Below are positions 1 through 8,992 of a DNA stretch of 38,725 nucleotides, in pieces; position 1 is the first letter of the stretch; each line of letters opens with the position of its first letter. The position numbers and the translations under genes were made by a program. The notes below the pieces were generated by a model, which had not been told where the DNA came from, ran no database searches, and saw only the letters and a program-made list of their open reading frames with translations. This DNA comes from Dehalococcoidia bacterium (GTDB lineage Bacteria; Chloroflexota; Dehalococcoidia; Dehalococcoidales; E44-bin46), in the NCBI GenBank assembly GCA_004376105.1, contig SOKA01000043.1:1-38725 (forward strand). Direction: 5' to 3'.

Positions 1-987
1 CTTCAGCCACGGCATCATCTGGCGCAGCTCTTTGCCCACCAGCTCAATGGGGTGTTCGGCATCCAGGCGTTTTAGGGCATTATAGACCGGGCGACCAGCC
101 TGGTTTTCTAAAATCCACTCCTTAGCAAAACTACCATCCTGAATCTCAGCCAAGATTTGCTCCATCTCATCCTTAACCATATCATCAATAATCCGCGGTC
201 CTCGAGTATAATCACCATACTCAGCAGTATCACTAACTGAGTAGCGCATATAAGATAAGCCTCCCTGATATATGAGGTCAACAATAAGCTTGAGCTCGTG
301 GCAGACTTCAAAATAGGCTATCTCTGGCTGATATCCAGCGTCAACCAGCGTCTCAAAGGCAGCCTTCACCAGGGCAGAAACCCCGCCACATAACACTGTC
401 TGCTCACCGAAGAGGTCAGTCTCAGTCTCCTCAGCGAAGGTTGTTTCTATAATGCCGGCTCGGGAGCAACCGATACCCTTGGCATAGGCAAGGGCCACAT
501 TCTTTGCCTTACCTGAAACGTCTTGATGAACCGCCACTATCGCCGGCGGTCCTGCCCCCTCGATATAAAGTTGCCTCAGTATATGACCCGGGCATTTAGG
601 AGCTATCATGTTAACATCAATGTCGGGTGGCGGGATAACCTGTCCATAATGGATATTAAAGCCGTGAGCAAACATAAGGGTATTGCCCGGGGCTAGTCCT
701 TTTTCAATTGATTGATAATAGATGTCTCGATGCAGGTTATCAGGAGCCAGCATTACAATAATATCGGCTTTTTTTGCCACTTCAACCGCCATCAGCACAT
801 CAAAGCCAGCATCCTTAGCATTCTTCCAGCCCTCACTCCCCTCAGCTTCAGCTACTATCACCTGGCAACCACTATCTCTGAGGTTTTGGGCTTGAGCATG
901 TCCCTGACTTCCATAGCCTATAACGCCAATTACCCTCCCCTCAAGCAAAGTTAGGTCGCAATCACTTTCATAATATATCTTAGCCAT
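1..987 (-). CDS. ilvC: Ketol-acid reductoisomerase (runs off the left edge; only the last few codons are missing)
   Basis: Not in the ORF track; translated by hand. ATG at 987 after AAGGAG gives [40 protein letters not shown], and the frame ends ...LRQMMPWLK at base 1. It lies downstream of ilvBN. Confidence 0.96.
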   Translation of the reverse strand, partial: MAKIYYESDCDLTLLEGRVIGVIGYGSQGHAQAQNLRDSGCQVIVAEAEGSEGWKNAKDAGFDVLMAVEVAKKADIIVMLAPDNLHRDIYYQSIEKGLAPGNTLMFAHGFNIHYGQVIPPPDIDVNMIAPKCPGHILRQLYIEGAGPPAIVAVHQDVSGKAKNVALAYAKGIGCSRAGIIETTFAEETETDLFGEQTVLCGGVSALVKAAFETLVDAGYQPEIAYFEVCHELKLIVDLIYQGGLSYMRYSVSDTAEYGDYTRGPRIIDDMVKDEMEQILAEIQDGSFAKEWILENQAGRPVYNALKRLDAEHPIELVGKELRQMMPWLK

Positions 988-1124
988 AATTTATCATCTC
1001 CTTTATTTTAATTTATTAACGCTAACTAGTGCTCTGAAGTAAGGGAAGATGGAGAAATACAGGTTTTAGAGAGGATTTTCACCTTAATTTTAAGCCCTTT
1101 CAAGCTTCCCCCGATAAATGAGCT

Positions 1125-1670
1125 TTAAGTTTTTTGCCTTTTGGCCTGAGCTTTGGATGACCTTTTTCCCACTGGTAGCCGCCCTGGACTTCCCCTGGTC
1201 ATAGCTATACGGCCAGTCCTAGTCATTTCCTTAATACCAAAACCACGAAGCAAATTAAATAAAGAATTAATTTTCTCCTCATCACCGGTAACCTCAATTA
1301 TTACCGAATCAGAGGCGACATCTACTATGTTTGCCCTAAATACATCCACAATCTGAATAATCTCGCTTCGGGTAGAGGCAGTGGCCCCTACCTTAATCAA
1401 GGCTAATTCCCGAGCCACTGTGTCATCTGCGGTAATATCAGACACCTTGACCACATTTATAATCTTATCCAACTGCTTTCTAACCTGCTCCACCATCGTG
1501 GTTGACCCATCAATTACAATAGTCATGCGCGCTAGATGAGGCAGTTCACTACGCCCCACAACAATACTCTCAATATTGAAGCCACGCCTTCGGAAAAGGC
1601 TTGCCATCCGGGTAAGCACCCCTGGCTTATCCTCTACCAAAGCAACTAAGGTGTGCTTTGTCGTGGTCAT
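1125..1670 (-). CDS. ilvN: Acetolactate synthase small (regulatory, ACT) subunit
   Basis: HTLVALVEDKPGVLTRMASLFRRRGFNIESI and RELALIKV motifs; 4-nt overlap with ilvB. Confidence 0.96.
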   Translation of the reverse strand: MTTTKHTLVALVEDKPGVLTRMASLFRRRGFNIESIVVGRSELPHLARMTIVIDGSTTMVEQVRKQLDKIINVVKVSDITADDTVARELALIKVGATASTRSEIIQIVDVFRANIVDVASDSVIIEVTGDEEKINSLFNLLRGFGIKEMTRTGRIAMTRGSPGRLPVGKRSSKAQAKRQKT

Positions 1671-3355
1671 ACTGCTACCTCTTTCCCAGGTTCTTCAATA
1701 ATCTCAGCTAAAGCCGCCCCCGGCGGCACCATAGGATAAACATTCTCCTCTGGTTCTACCATAAAATCAATTAGGAAAGGACCTTGTTCCTCCATGGCTT
1801 GCTCAATAGCTGAAACTACTTCCTCCTTACGTTTAACCCTCAGCCCAGGAATTCCATACGCCTCAGCCACCTTTACAAAGTCTGGGCCAGCTAGTGGTGT
1901 AGCTACATATCGCCGTTTATAAAAGAGTTGCTGCCATTGCCTCACCATTCCCAGATAACCATTATTGATAATAGCTATCTTAACCGCCACTTTTTCTTGA
2001 ACTATAGTGGCTAGCTCCTGAATAGTCATCTGGAAACCCCCATCACCAGCAATACACCAAACAATATTATCAGGACAGCCTATCTTAGCCCCCATAGCCG
2101 CTGGAAGCTCAAACCCCATAGCCCCCAAACCTCCTGATGATATCAGGCTATTTGGCTTATTATACCAATAGTGCTGAGCTGCCCACATCTGGTTCTGCCC
2201 TACTCCAGTAACAATTATTGCCTCGCCCTGCGTTACCTCATATATCTTGCGAATGACAAACTGAGGCGGAAGCCCTTCACTGTCTCTAACAAATGTTAAC
2301 GGGTGTTCCTTTCGCCAATCATCAAGCTGCTGAAACCAATCAATATGCTCAGTAGAGATAATTAGTTTATTTAATGCGTTTAGAACAAGCTTCACATCAC
2401 CAACTATAGGCACATCTACACGCATATTTTTACCGATTTCGGCTGGGTCTATATCAATATGAACGATGCTGGCGTGAGGAGCAAAGGCACTCACCTTACA
2501 CGTAGCCCTATCACCAAACCTCATCCCAACAGCAATAATGAGGTCAGCCGCCTCAACCGCCATATTAGCATAAGCTGTACCGTGCATACCCAACATACCA
2601 AAACTTAGAATATGGCTCTCAGGAAAACAACTAATGCCTAATAAAGTAGTAACCACCGGTATTTGTGCTGTCTCAGCTAGCTGCTTAAGCTCAGCATAGG
2701 CTCCGGAGATAATTACCCCCCTACCAGCAATAATAAGAGGTCGCTGAGCCTCATTTATAAGCTTGGCTGCCTTCTTAATCTGCGTCGGGTGCCCCTGAAG
2801 TGTTGGCTTAGAACTAGGTAAATCCACTTTGCTCGGGTAGTGAAACTCCGCCTGCTCTATAAAAACATCTCGTGGTATATCAATAAGTACTGGACTCGGC
2901 CGACCATTCCTAGCTAGATAAAAAGCCTCCTTAACTACTTTAGCCAGGGAACCCACTTCGAGAACAAGATAGTTATGCTTGGTAATAGGCAAAGTAATAC
3001 CGGTAATATCTACCTCCTGGAAAGCATCTTTGCCAATAAGGGATCTGACTACCTGACCGGTTATAGCTACCACGGGGACTGAATCAAGGTGAGCATTGGC
3101 AATACCAGTTACTAGGTTGGTGGCTCCCGGACCAGAGGTAGCCATACATACCCCTACCTTTCCTGTGGCTCTGGCATAGCCATCAGCAGCGTGAGCAGCC
3201 CCCTGCTCATGACGCACTAGAATGTGGCGAAGCTGAGGATATTGAGGTAAAGTATCATATAGGGGTATGACAGCCCCCCCAGGGAGACCAAAGATAACCT
3301 CTACCCCCTCTTTTACCAAGCTCTCACATAGAATCTGGGCACCTGTCATCTTCAT
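1667..3355 (-). CDS. ilvB: Acetolactate synthase large subunit
   Basis: RHEQGAAHAADGYAR, TSGPGATN, TPP-binding GDGGFQM...NN, GMVRQWQ. Confidence 0.97.
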   Translation of the reverse strand: MKMTGAQILCESLVKEGVEVIFGLPGGAVIPLYDTLPQYPQLRHILVRHEQGAAHAADGYARATGKVGVCMATSGPGATNLVTGIANAHLDSVPVVAITGQVVRSLIGKDAFQEVDITGITLPITKHNYLVLEVGSLAKVVKEAFYLARNGRPSPVLIDIPRDVFIEQAEFHYPSKVDLPSSKPTLQGHPTQIKKAAKLINEAQRPLIIAGRGVIISGAYAELKQLAETAQIPVVTTLLGISCFPESHILSFGMLGMHGTAYANMAVEAADLIIAVGMRFGDRATCKVSAFAPHASIVHIDIDPAEIGKNMRVDVPIVGDVKLVLNALNKLIISTEHIDWFQQLDDWRKEHPLTFVRDSEGLPPQFVIRKIYEVTQGEAIIVTGVGQNQMWAAQHYWYNKPNSLISSGGLGAMGFELPAAMGAKIGCPDNIVWCIAGDGGFQMTIQELATIVQEKVAVKIAIINNGYLGMVRQWQQLFYKRRYVATPLAGPDFVKVAEAYGIPGLRVKRKEEVVSAIEQAMEEQGPFLIDFMVEPEENVYPMVPPGAALAEIIEEPGKEVAV

Positions 3356-3530
3356 AATAGCCTTGTCCTCTTTTTAAGACCTTCGTCGAGCTTTATTTCC
3401 GCACCTGTTCACACGGACGTGTCCTTTTTTATCAACCACCAGCCCTGCTTCTCTCAATTTTTCTTTTCCCTCTTCACTCATCCTTGAGATTTAGCCACTC
3501 CTTCTTACCACCTACAGGCAACAGCGGCTG

Positions 3531-5210
3531 TTACCGACCAAACACAGCTCCGGTGCTAGCTGAAGATACCATCTCGGCGTAGCGCCTGAGATAGCCTGTT
3601 TTCACCCTAGGCTCAAACTCAGCTAACTGGGTCAAACGCTCAGATACTTCTTTGTCACTAAGCTCAACCTCAAGCTTATGATTAGGGATATCAATCCTAA
3701 TCATGTCCCCATCACTTAAGGCAGCAATAGGTCCCCGGCTAGCTGCCTCAGGGGAGACATGACCAATAGCCGCACCACGAGTTGCCCCGGAAAAACGCCC
3801 ATCAGTTATAAGGGCTACCTCTCTATCCATACCCATACCGCTCAGAAGTGCGGTAGGGGTGAGCATCTCTCTCATCCCAGGCCCTCCTTTAGGTCCTTCG
3901 TAACGAATAACTACCACATCACCCGACTTTATGCTGCCACCCATAATGGCTGCTGTGGCTTCCTCCTCAGAGTCAAATACCTTAGCTGGACCTCGATGAA
4001 CCATCATTTCAGGAACCACCGCTGCTCTCTTCACCACGGCACCATCCGGCGCCAGGTTACCAAAAAGTATAGCAATGCCCCCTGTAGTTGAGTAAGCATT
4101 GGCAATAGAGTGAATCACTTCTTTATCCACAAACCGGCTGCCAGTGATAATTCCAGCCACCGATTTTCCCGATACTGTTCTTGACTCTAGATTTAATAAT
4201 CCTTCTAGCTCCTTCATCACTGCGACTATGCCACCAGCACTGTCCAAATCCTCAAGGTAATGGTCACCGGCAGGACTCAGCTTACACAGATAAGGAGTGC
4301 GCTTACTTATCTCATTTAACATCGGCAGAGGGAAATCAACCCCTGCCTCGTGAGCTATAGCCATAAGGTGCAAAACTGAATTAGTGCTACCACCTAATGC
4401 CATATCAACAGCAAAGGCATTACGAATGGAATCTTTATTTATAATATCCCGGGGACGAATATCACTAGCTAACAATTCTATAACCTGCCGTCCTGCCTCT
4501 TTAGCTAACTGCATTCGCCTGGCATCAATAGCCGGGATAGTGCCGTTACCTGGTAGTCCCATTCCCAGGGCTTCGGTTAAGCAATTCATAGTATTGGCGG
4601 TGAACATTCCAGCACAGCTACCGCGACCGGGGCAAGCAACCTCCTCCAACTGCTCCAACTCCTCCTGACCCATTTCTCCTTTGACTACCCTACCTACTGC
4701 CTCAAAGACAGAACTGAGATCAACATGCTTAACCCCACTGTTACTACTCAGTCGCCCCGCCAGCATGGGACCACCGCTAATGAAGATAGCCGGTAGGTTC
4801 AGCCTCACCGCTGCCATAAGCATGCCAGGGATTATTTTGTCGCAATTAGGGATAAAGACTAAGCCATCAAAGGCATGAGCCTCAGCTACTATTTCCACCG
4901 AGTCAGCTATTAGTTCTCGGCTGGGCAGACTATATTTCATACCTGGGTGGTTCATAGCAATGCCGTCACATACGGCAATGGTATTAACCTCAAAGGGAAC
5001 ACCCCCTCCACTTCGCACCCCTGCTTTCACTGCCTGGGCAATATCTCGCAGATGTATATGTCCAGGGATGATCTCACTAAAGCTATTAATAATGCCTATA
5101 AAAGGCTTATCCATTTCCGTACTCGCCCAGCCTACAGCGTGTAACAAAGACCGGTGCGGAGCCCGCTCCACGCCCCTCTTAACCACATCGCTTTTCATAC
5201 TTTCGCCCAT
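3531..5210 (-). CDS. ilvD: Dihydroxy-acid dehydratase
   Basis: [46 protein letters not shown]. An alternative start is ATG 5198. Confidence 0.97.
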   Translation of the reverse strand: MGESMKSDVVKRGVERAPHRSLLHAVGWASTEMDKPFIGIINSFSEIIPGHIHLRDIAQAVKAGVRSGGGVPFEVNTIAVCDGIAMNHPGMKYSLPSRELIADSVEIVAEAHAFDGLVFIPNCDKIIPGMLMAAVRLNLPAIFISGGPMLAGRLSSNSGVKHVDLSSVFEAVGRVVKGEMGQEELEQLEEVACPGRGSCAGMFTANTMNCLTEALGMGLPGNGTIPAIDARRMQLAKEAGRQVIELLASDIRPRDIINKDSIRNAFAVDMALGGSTNSVLHLMAIAHEAGVDFPLPMLNEISKRTPYLCKLSPAGDHYLEDLDSAGGIVAVMKELEGLLNLESRTVSGKSVAGIITGSRFVDKEVIHSIANAYSTTGGIAILFGNLAPDGAVVKRAAVVPEMMVHRGPAKVFDSEEEATAAIMGGSIKSGDVVVIRYEGPKGGPGMREMLTPTALLSGMGMDREVALITDGRFSGATRGAAIGHVSPEAASRGPIAALSDGDMIRIDIPNHKLEVELSDKEVSERLTQLAEFEPRVKTGYLRRYAEMVSSASTGAVFGR

Positions 5211-5228
5211 TCCCTTACCTCAATAATT

Positions 5229-5251
5229 AAAAACCGCCCCTCTGGGGACGG
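5229..5251 (-). terminator. Intrinsic terminator-like hairpin in the ilvD leader
   Basis: Minus strand reads CCGTCCC-CAGA-GGGGCGG-TTTTT: a 7-bp GC-rich stem with one G-U pair, then a U tract, about 20 nt before the ilvD start. Confidence 0.7.
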
Positions 5252-5290
5252 ACTAAAACTCTAAAATCCTAGCTTCAACCCCATTGACAA

Positions 5291-5319
5291 AACATAACAT
5301 AGCACTCATTTATTGTCAA
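5291..5319 (-). promoter_or_regulatory. Sigma70-type promoter for the ilvDBNC operon
   Basis: TTGACA (5319-5314), 17-nt spacer, TATGTT (5296-5291). Confidence 0.6.
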
Positions 5320-5335
5320 GCTAACTCCCATATAA

Positions 5336-5770
5336 TTAGCCTTCCATAGCTCTTATCTTATTTAGCCTCGGCAAGTGTCTTCCACCCTCAAACTCGCTGG
5401 TAAGATAAGCCTCAACGATTTCAGGTATTATATCTTGCTCCTGCTCCACCCCCAAACAAAGGATATTGGCATCATTGTGCTGACGAGCTCGGCGAGCGCT
5501 GAAGGCATCACGACATAGAGCAGCTCTTATTCCCTTAACCTTATTAGCTGCCATACTCATACCAATACCAGTATCGCATATCAAAATACCTTGCTCAAAA
5601 TAACCCGTGGTTACCGCTTCAGCTACCTTTTTAGCAATGTCAGGGTAGTCTACCGACTCAGCGGTATAACAGCCAAAGTCCTCATAAGCATACCCCATTT
5701 CAGTAATTAGCTTCATAATAAATTGCTTGAGATTCAGCCCCTTGTGGTCACAGCCAATAGCAATACGCAC
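5336..5770 (-). CDS. rpiB: Ribose-5-phosphate isomerase B
   Basis: IAIGCDHKG, VDYPD, ICDTGIGMSMAANKVKGIRAA, RQHNDANILCLG, FEGGRH. Confidence 0.95.
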   Translation of the reverse strand: MRIAIGCDHKGLNLKQFIMKLITEMGYAYEDFGCYTAESVDYPDIAKKVAEAVTTGYFEQGILICDTGIGMSMAANKVKGIRAALCRDAFSARRARQHNDANILCLGVEQEQDIIPEIVEAYLTSEFEGGRHLPRLNKIRAMEG

Positions 5771-5773
5771 TAC

Positions 5774-6418
5774 TCAGCCTCCTTTCCTAAACACAATGCT
5801 CCCGCATACCTGCTTGAGCTCTTTCCTGGCTATAGCACCTTCCCGCAAAACTACAGGCGTTTCCTTGGTTACATCAACTATGGTAGATTCCCTACCACCT
5901 GGGCACCTGCCACCATCAATAACCAAATCTATTTTATCACCAAACTGAGAATAGACCTCGTTAGCAGTCGCTGCACTTGGCTTACCACTCAGATTAGCAC
6001 TTGTGCCGACAATAGGTGCCCCCAGACCTTCAGCCAGGGCAACAGGAATAGGATGAGCCGGAATGCGAATGGCTACAGTTATACCCCCGGCAGTGATAAT
6101 ATCGGGGACTGAGTTAGACTTATGTAAAACTAAAGTCAAGGCACCAGGTAGGAATTTTTTAGCCAAGAGCCAGGCAATTTGCGGCACAGGCTCAGCAACC
6201 TCACTTATCTGTGATGTACGAGCTAGCAACAAAGGGAGCGCTATATTCTGCGGTCGCCCTTTCACTCGATAAACCCGCTCCACTGCCTGTTGATTACTAG
6301 CGCAAGCCCCCAAGCCATAGACGGTATCGGTAGGAAAGGCAACTATCCCCCCTTGCTTAAGAATAGAAATACCCTCCTCAACCTGTTTTTGGATATCCGA
6401 AGGCAGTTTATCTAACAT
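5774..6418 (-). CDS. tsaC: L-threonylcarbamoyladenylate synthase (YrdC/Sua5, single domain)
   Basis: AFPTDTVYGLG, VKGRP, PGALTLV, TSANLSG, STIVD. Confidence 0.94.
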   Translation of the reverse strand: MLDKLPSDIQKQVEEGISILKQGGIVAFPTDTVYGLGACASNQQAVERVYRVKGRPQNIALPLLLARTSQISEVAEPVPQIAWLLAKKFLPGALTLVLHKSNSVPDIITAGGITVAIRIPAHPIPVALAEGLGAPIVGTSANLSGKPSAATANEVYSQFGDKIDLVIDGGRCPGGRESTIVDVTKETPVVLREGAIARKELKQVCGSIVFRKGG

Positions 6419-6519
6419 TACCCTGACTACCTACTAAGGATGGTTTTCCTCTTGACGATAGTATATCACAGTGTTATGTCAGCCCCAAACACCCCAGCGA
6501 CTACATACGGCAACTCGGC

Positions 6520-6690
6520 GAGGCTTTGAGTTTAGCTTCTCAAGCGCTCATGCTCTTAACGGCTTGTGGCTCACTGAAGGATGAGTTCATTGTTTATTCT
6601 CTGGTTTTTGGTGGGTTACGAGTAAGCGAGCTAAAGCATCTTCGAAGAAGCTGGTAAATTAGAGGAGAGGACGATAACCGCCCCTTCAAG
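6520..6690 (+). pseudogene. Fragment of a tyrosine recombinase/integrase (box I region)
   Basis: Frame 1 reads EALSLASQALMLLTACGSLKDEFIVYSLVFGGLRVSELKHLRRSW* (stop 6655-6657). A shifted frame continues LEERTITAPSR. GLRxSEL is the catalytic-Arg motif of tyrosine recombinases. Confidence 0.72.
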
Positions 6691-6739
6691 GGAGAGGGAT
6701 TTTATACGACATTATGGGGGATACTATAATAACAATATC

Positions 6740-8992
6740 CTATTTTTCCACCCACTTTTCAACCTGGAGCAAAGTAGTGTTGGTGCAGAATGCACCAGCT
6801 GGTGATTTGGCATCCTTGGTCAGTACATTGGCGCAGCCGCCGTGGTCTATCCCTTTTTCATCGGGGTCATACCAAGCACCCTGCGGGATATTCACTACAC
6901 CGGGCATTATCCTTTGTGTAACCTCAGCCGGGAGAACCGTTTGTCCCCGGTCATTATAGACTCGAACCAAGTCCCCGTTAGAGATGCCCCTAGCCTGGGC
7001 ATCAGCAGTATTTATCTGTACGCTTTGAGGAATCAGCTCTCTAAGCCAAGGTATATTGTCAAACTGACTGTGTGCCCGTCTACGAGCATGGGTGGTGACC
7101 AGTTGCAATGGATACTTCTTTGCCAGAGGGTCGTTCCGGCCCTCCCAGACCTCAATATACTTTGGAATGGGTGGAAGCTGAGGGTTATCCCAGTCGGCTA
7201 ACTCTTGAGAATATATTTCGATCTTCCCTGAAGGAGTAGGGAAAGGGTGATTCTCCAAGTCTTCGATTTGTTCCTTAAAAGCCACATAGGGCTCATCAGT
7301 TGGGAACCTATAAAGGGCCTTCTTCTTAAGCGTTTCGTAATCGGAACCTTCTCTGTCCTTGGCAAAGACCTCTCTAAATCCCTCTACTATGCCCTTTAGC
7401 CATTCCTCTTCCGTTTTATCGTTATAATCATCGATACCCATTGCCTTGGCTATTCCGCTGGCTATCTCGAGGTGAGACTTAGATTCATAAAGAGGTTCTA
7501 CAGACTTGTTTACCATACCATACCAGGGAGTAGCCCCACCACTGGTAAAATCATTTCTTTCAAAGTAGGTATTGACCGGGAGCAATATATCGGCATACTT
7601 GGCGGTAACTGTCATAAACTGCTCCTGAACAGCAATAAACTCTAGAGCCTTAAAAGCTTCTATGGCCTTGTTAGTATTTAGAACCTGGTTGACATAGTTA
7701 GTATTTGCCAGATAGAGAAGCTTGTAATCGGCAGGATAGCCACCGGCCTTGCCTTTTAATACGGCATCGGCTATCTGACCAACATTTATTTTTACACTGC
7801 TATTCGCTTTAGAGCCGCGTGCTTTAACGGTATCCCGGCGCGTCGGCCATCCCTCCTCAACCGGATTCCTGGGAGCACCCATCCGCCCCTTGGTGCGGGC
7901 TAGAAAAGGCATCTCCCCACCCCAGTACTCGCCACCCCATGACCTGCCGCCGGAACTTCCCCCGCTGATACCTATATTGCCGGTCATAGCCGATAAGGTA
8001 ATAGCAGCGCGGTGATACTGCTCCCCATAGGCAGTACGCCCCGGCGCGATGCCGGTAATCAAGGCTGCCGGCTTGGTGGTAGCGTATTCTCGGGCTAACC
8101 TTTCGATGGTAGCTGCCTTTGCGCCAGTAATGGCCTCAGCCCAGGCGGGCGTCTTTGGTTTACCGTCGTCAATGCCTAATACATAGTCCCTGAATTTCTC
8201 GAAACCTACGGTATATTTGTCGAGGAATGCTTGGTCCTGGAGGTTTTCTGTAATAATCACATAAGCCATGGCAATAAGCATGGCGGCATCAGTACAGGGG
8301 TAAATAGGTACCCATTCATCAGCGAAGGTGGCTGCGGAATCTGTATACCTTGGGTCGATAGCAATGATTCTGGCGCCTGCTTCCTTAGCCTGGGCCAAAT
8401 AGTATGGAGTATTGCAACGGTGGATTGAAACCGCCGGGTCCCACGCCCACATTATTATCAGTCGGGAGTTGAGAAGGTCGTCCCTGGTACTGTTAGTCAT
8501 ATGCGTTCCGTAGGTAGCGCATTCGGCAAAGACGCCACCCTCGTAGGAAAAAAAGCCCCAAAGTGGAGTATAACCTCCGGCCATGCAGAGTAATCTGTGC
8601 ATTGGTGCCATGGTATGGAGAGTATGTACATCAGCCAGTGAACAGAAATAGATAATAGATGCTGGGCCATAGGTATCTCTGACCCGTATTAGCTCTTTAG
8701 CCACCGTGGAAAACGCTTCGTCCCAGGAGATTCGCTCAAACTTGCCTTCGCCCCTGGCCCCCACCCTCTTCATGGGATACTTGAGGCGGTCTGGAGCATA
8801 CAGCCGCTGTCGGTAAGCACGGCATCTTAGACAAGCCCGGAATTGAGGCTCTTCTCCATCATCAGTTTCGATCCTAATAACTGCACCGTCTTTAACGTGA
8901 ACTCTGAGCAGGCACGCTCCCCCGCAGTGGCTATTACATACAGTGTAGATAACCGTTTCATTATTCTCTGTTTGTTGGTTATTTTCGCTCAT
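6740..8992 (-). CDS. DMSO-reductase-family (DmsA-like) molybdopterin oxidoreductase catalytic subunit, no Tat signal
   Basis: N-terminal CxxxCxxxC...C Fe-S motif (CNSHCGGAC...RACLRC), RLKYPMKRVGARGEGKFERISWDEA, putative Mo-ligand Ser in GFFSYEG (DmsA has GDYS), TPSGKIEIYS, domain IV AHSQ...PQGAW. Confidence 0.9.
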   Translation of the reverse strand: MSENNQQTENNETVIYTVCNSHCGGACLLRVHVKDGAVIRIETDDGEEPQFRACLRCRAYRQRLYAPDRLKYPMKRVGARGEGKFERISWDEAFSTVAKELIRVRDTYGPASIIYFCSLADVHTLHTMAPMHRLLCMAGGYTPLWGFFSYEGGVFAECATYGTHMTNSTRDDLLNSRLIIMWAWDPAVSIHRCNTPYYLAQAKEAGARIIAIDPRYTDSAATFADEWVPIYPCTDAAMLIAMAYVIITENLQDQAFLDKYTVGFEKFRDYVLGIDDGKPKTPAWAEAITGAKAATIERLAREYATTKPAALITGIAPGRTAYGEQYHRAAITLSAMTGNIGISGGSSGGRSWGGEYWGGEMPFLARTKGRMGAPRNPVEEGWPTRRDTVKARGSKANSSVKINVGQIADAVLKGKAGGYPADYKLLYLANTNYVNQVLNTNKAIEAFKALEFIAVQEQFMTVTAKYADILLPVNTYFERNDFTSGGATPWYGMVNKSVEPLYESKSHLEIASGIAKAMGIDDYNDKTEEEWLKGIVEGFREVFAKDREGSDYETLKKKALYRFPTDEPYVAFKEQIEDLENHPFPTPSGKIEIYSQELADWDNPQLPPIPKYIEVWEGRNDPLAKKYPLQLVTTHARRRAHSQFDNIPWLRELIPQSVQINTADAQARGISNGDLVRVYNDRGQTVLPAEVTQRIMPGVVNIPQGAWYDPDEKGIDHGGCANVLTKDAKSPAGAFCTNTTLLQVEKWVEK

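Noticed and set aside
5211-5335. T-box riboswitch before ilvD
   Set aside because: The leader is too short and lacks the GGTGGnACC T-box sequence.
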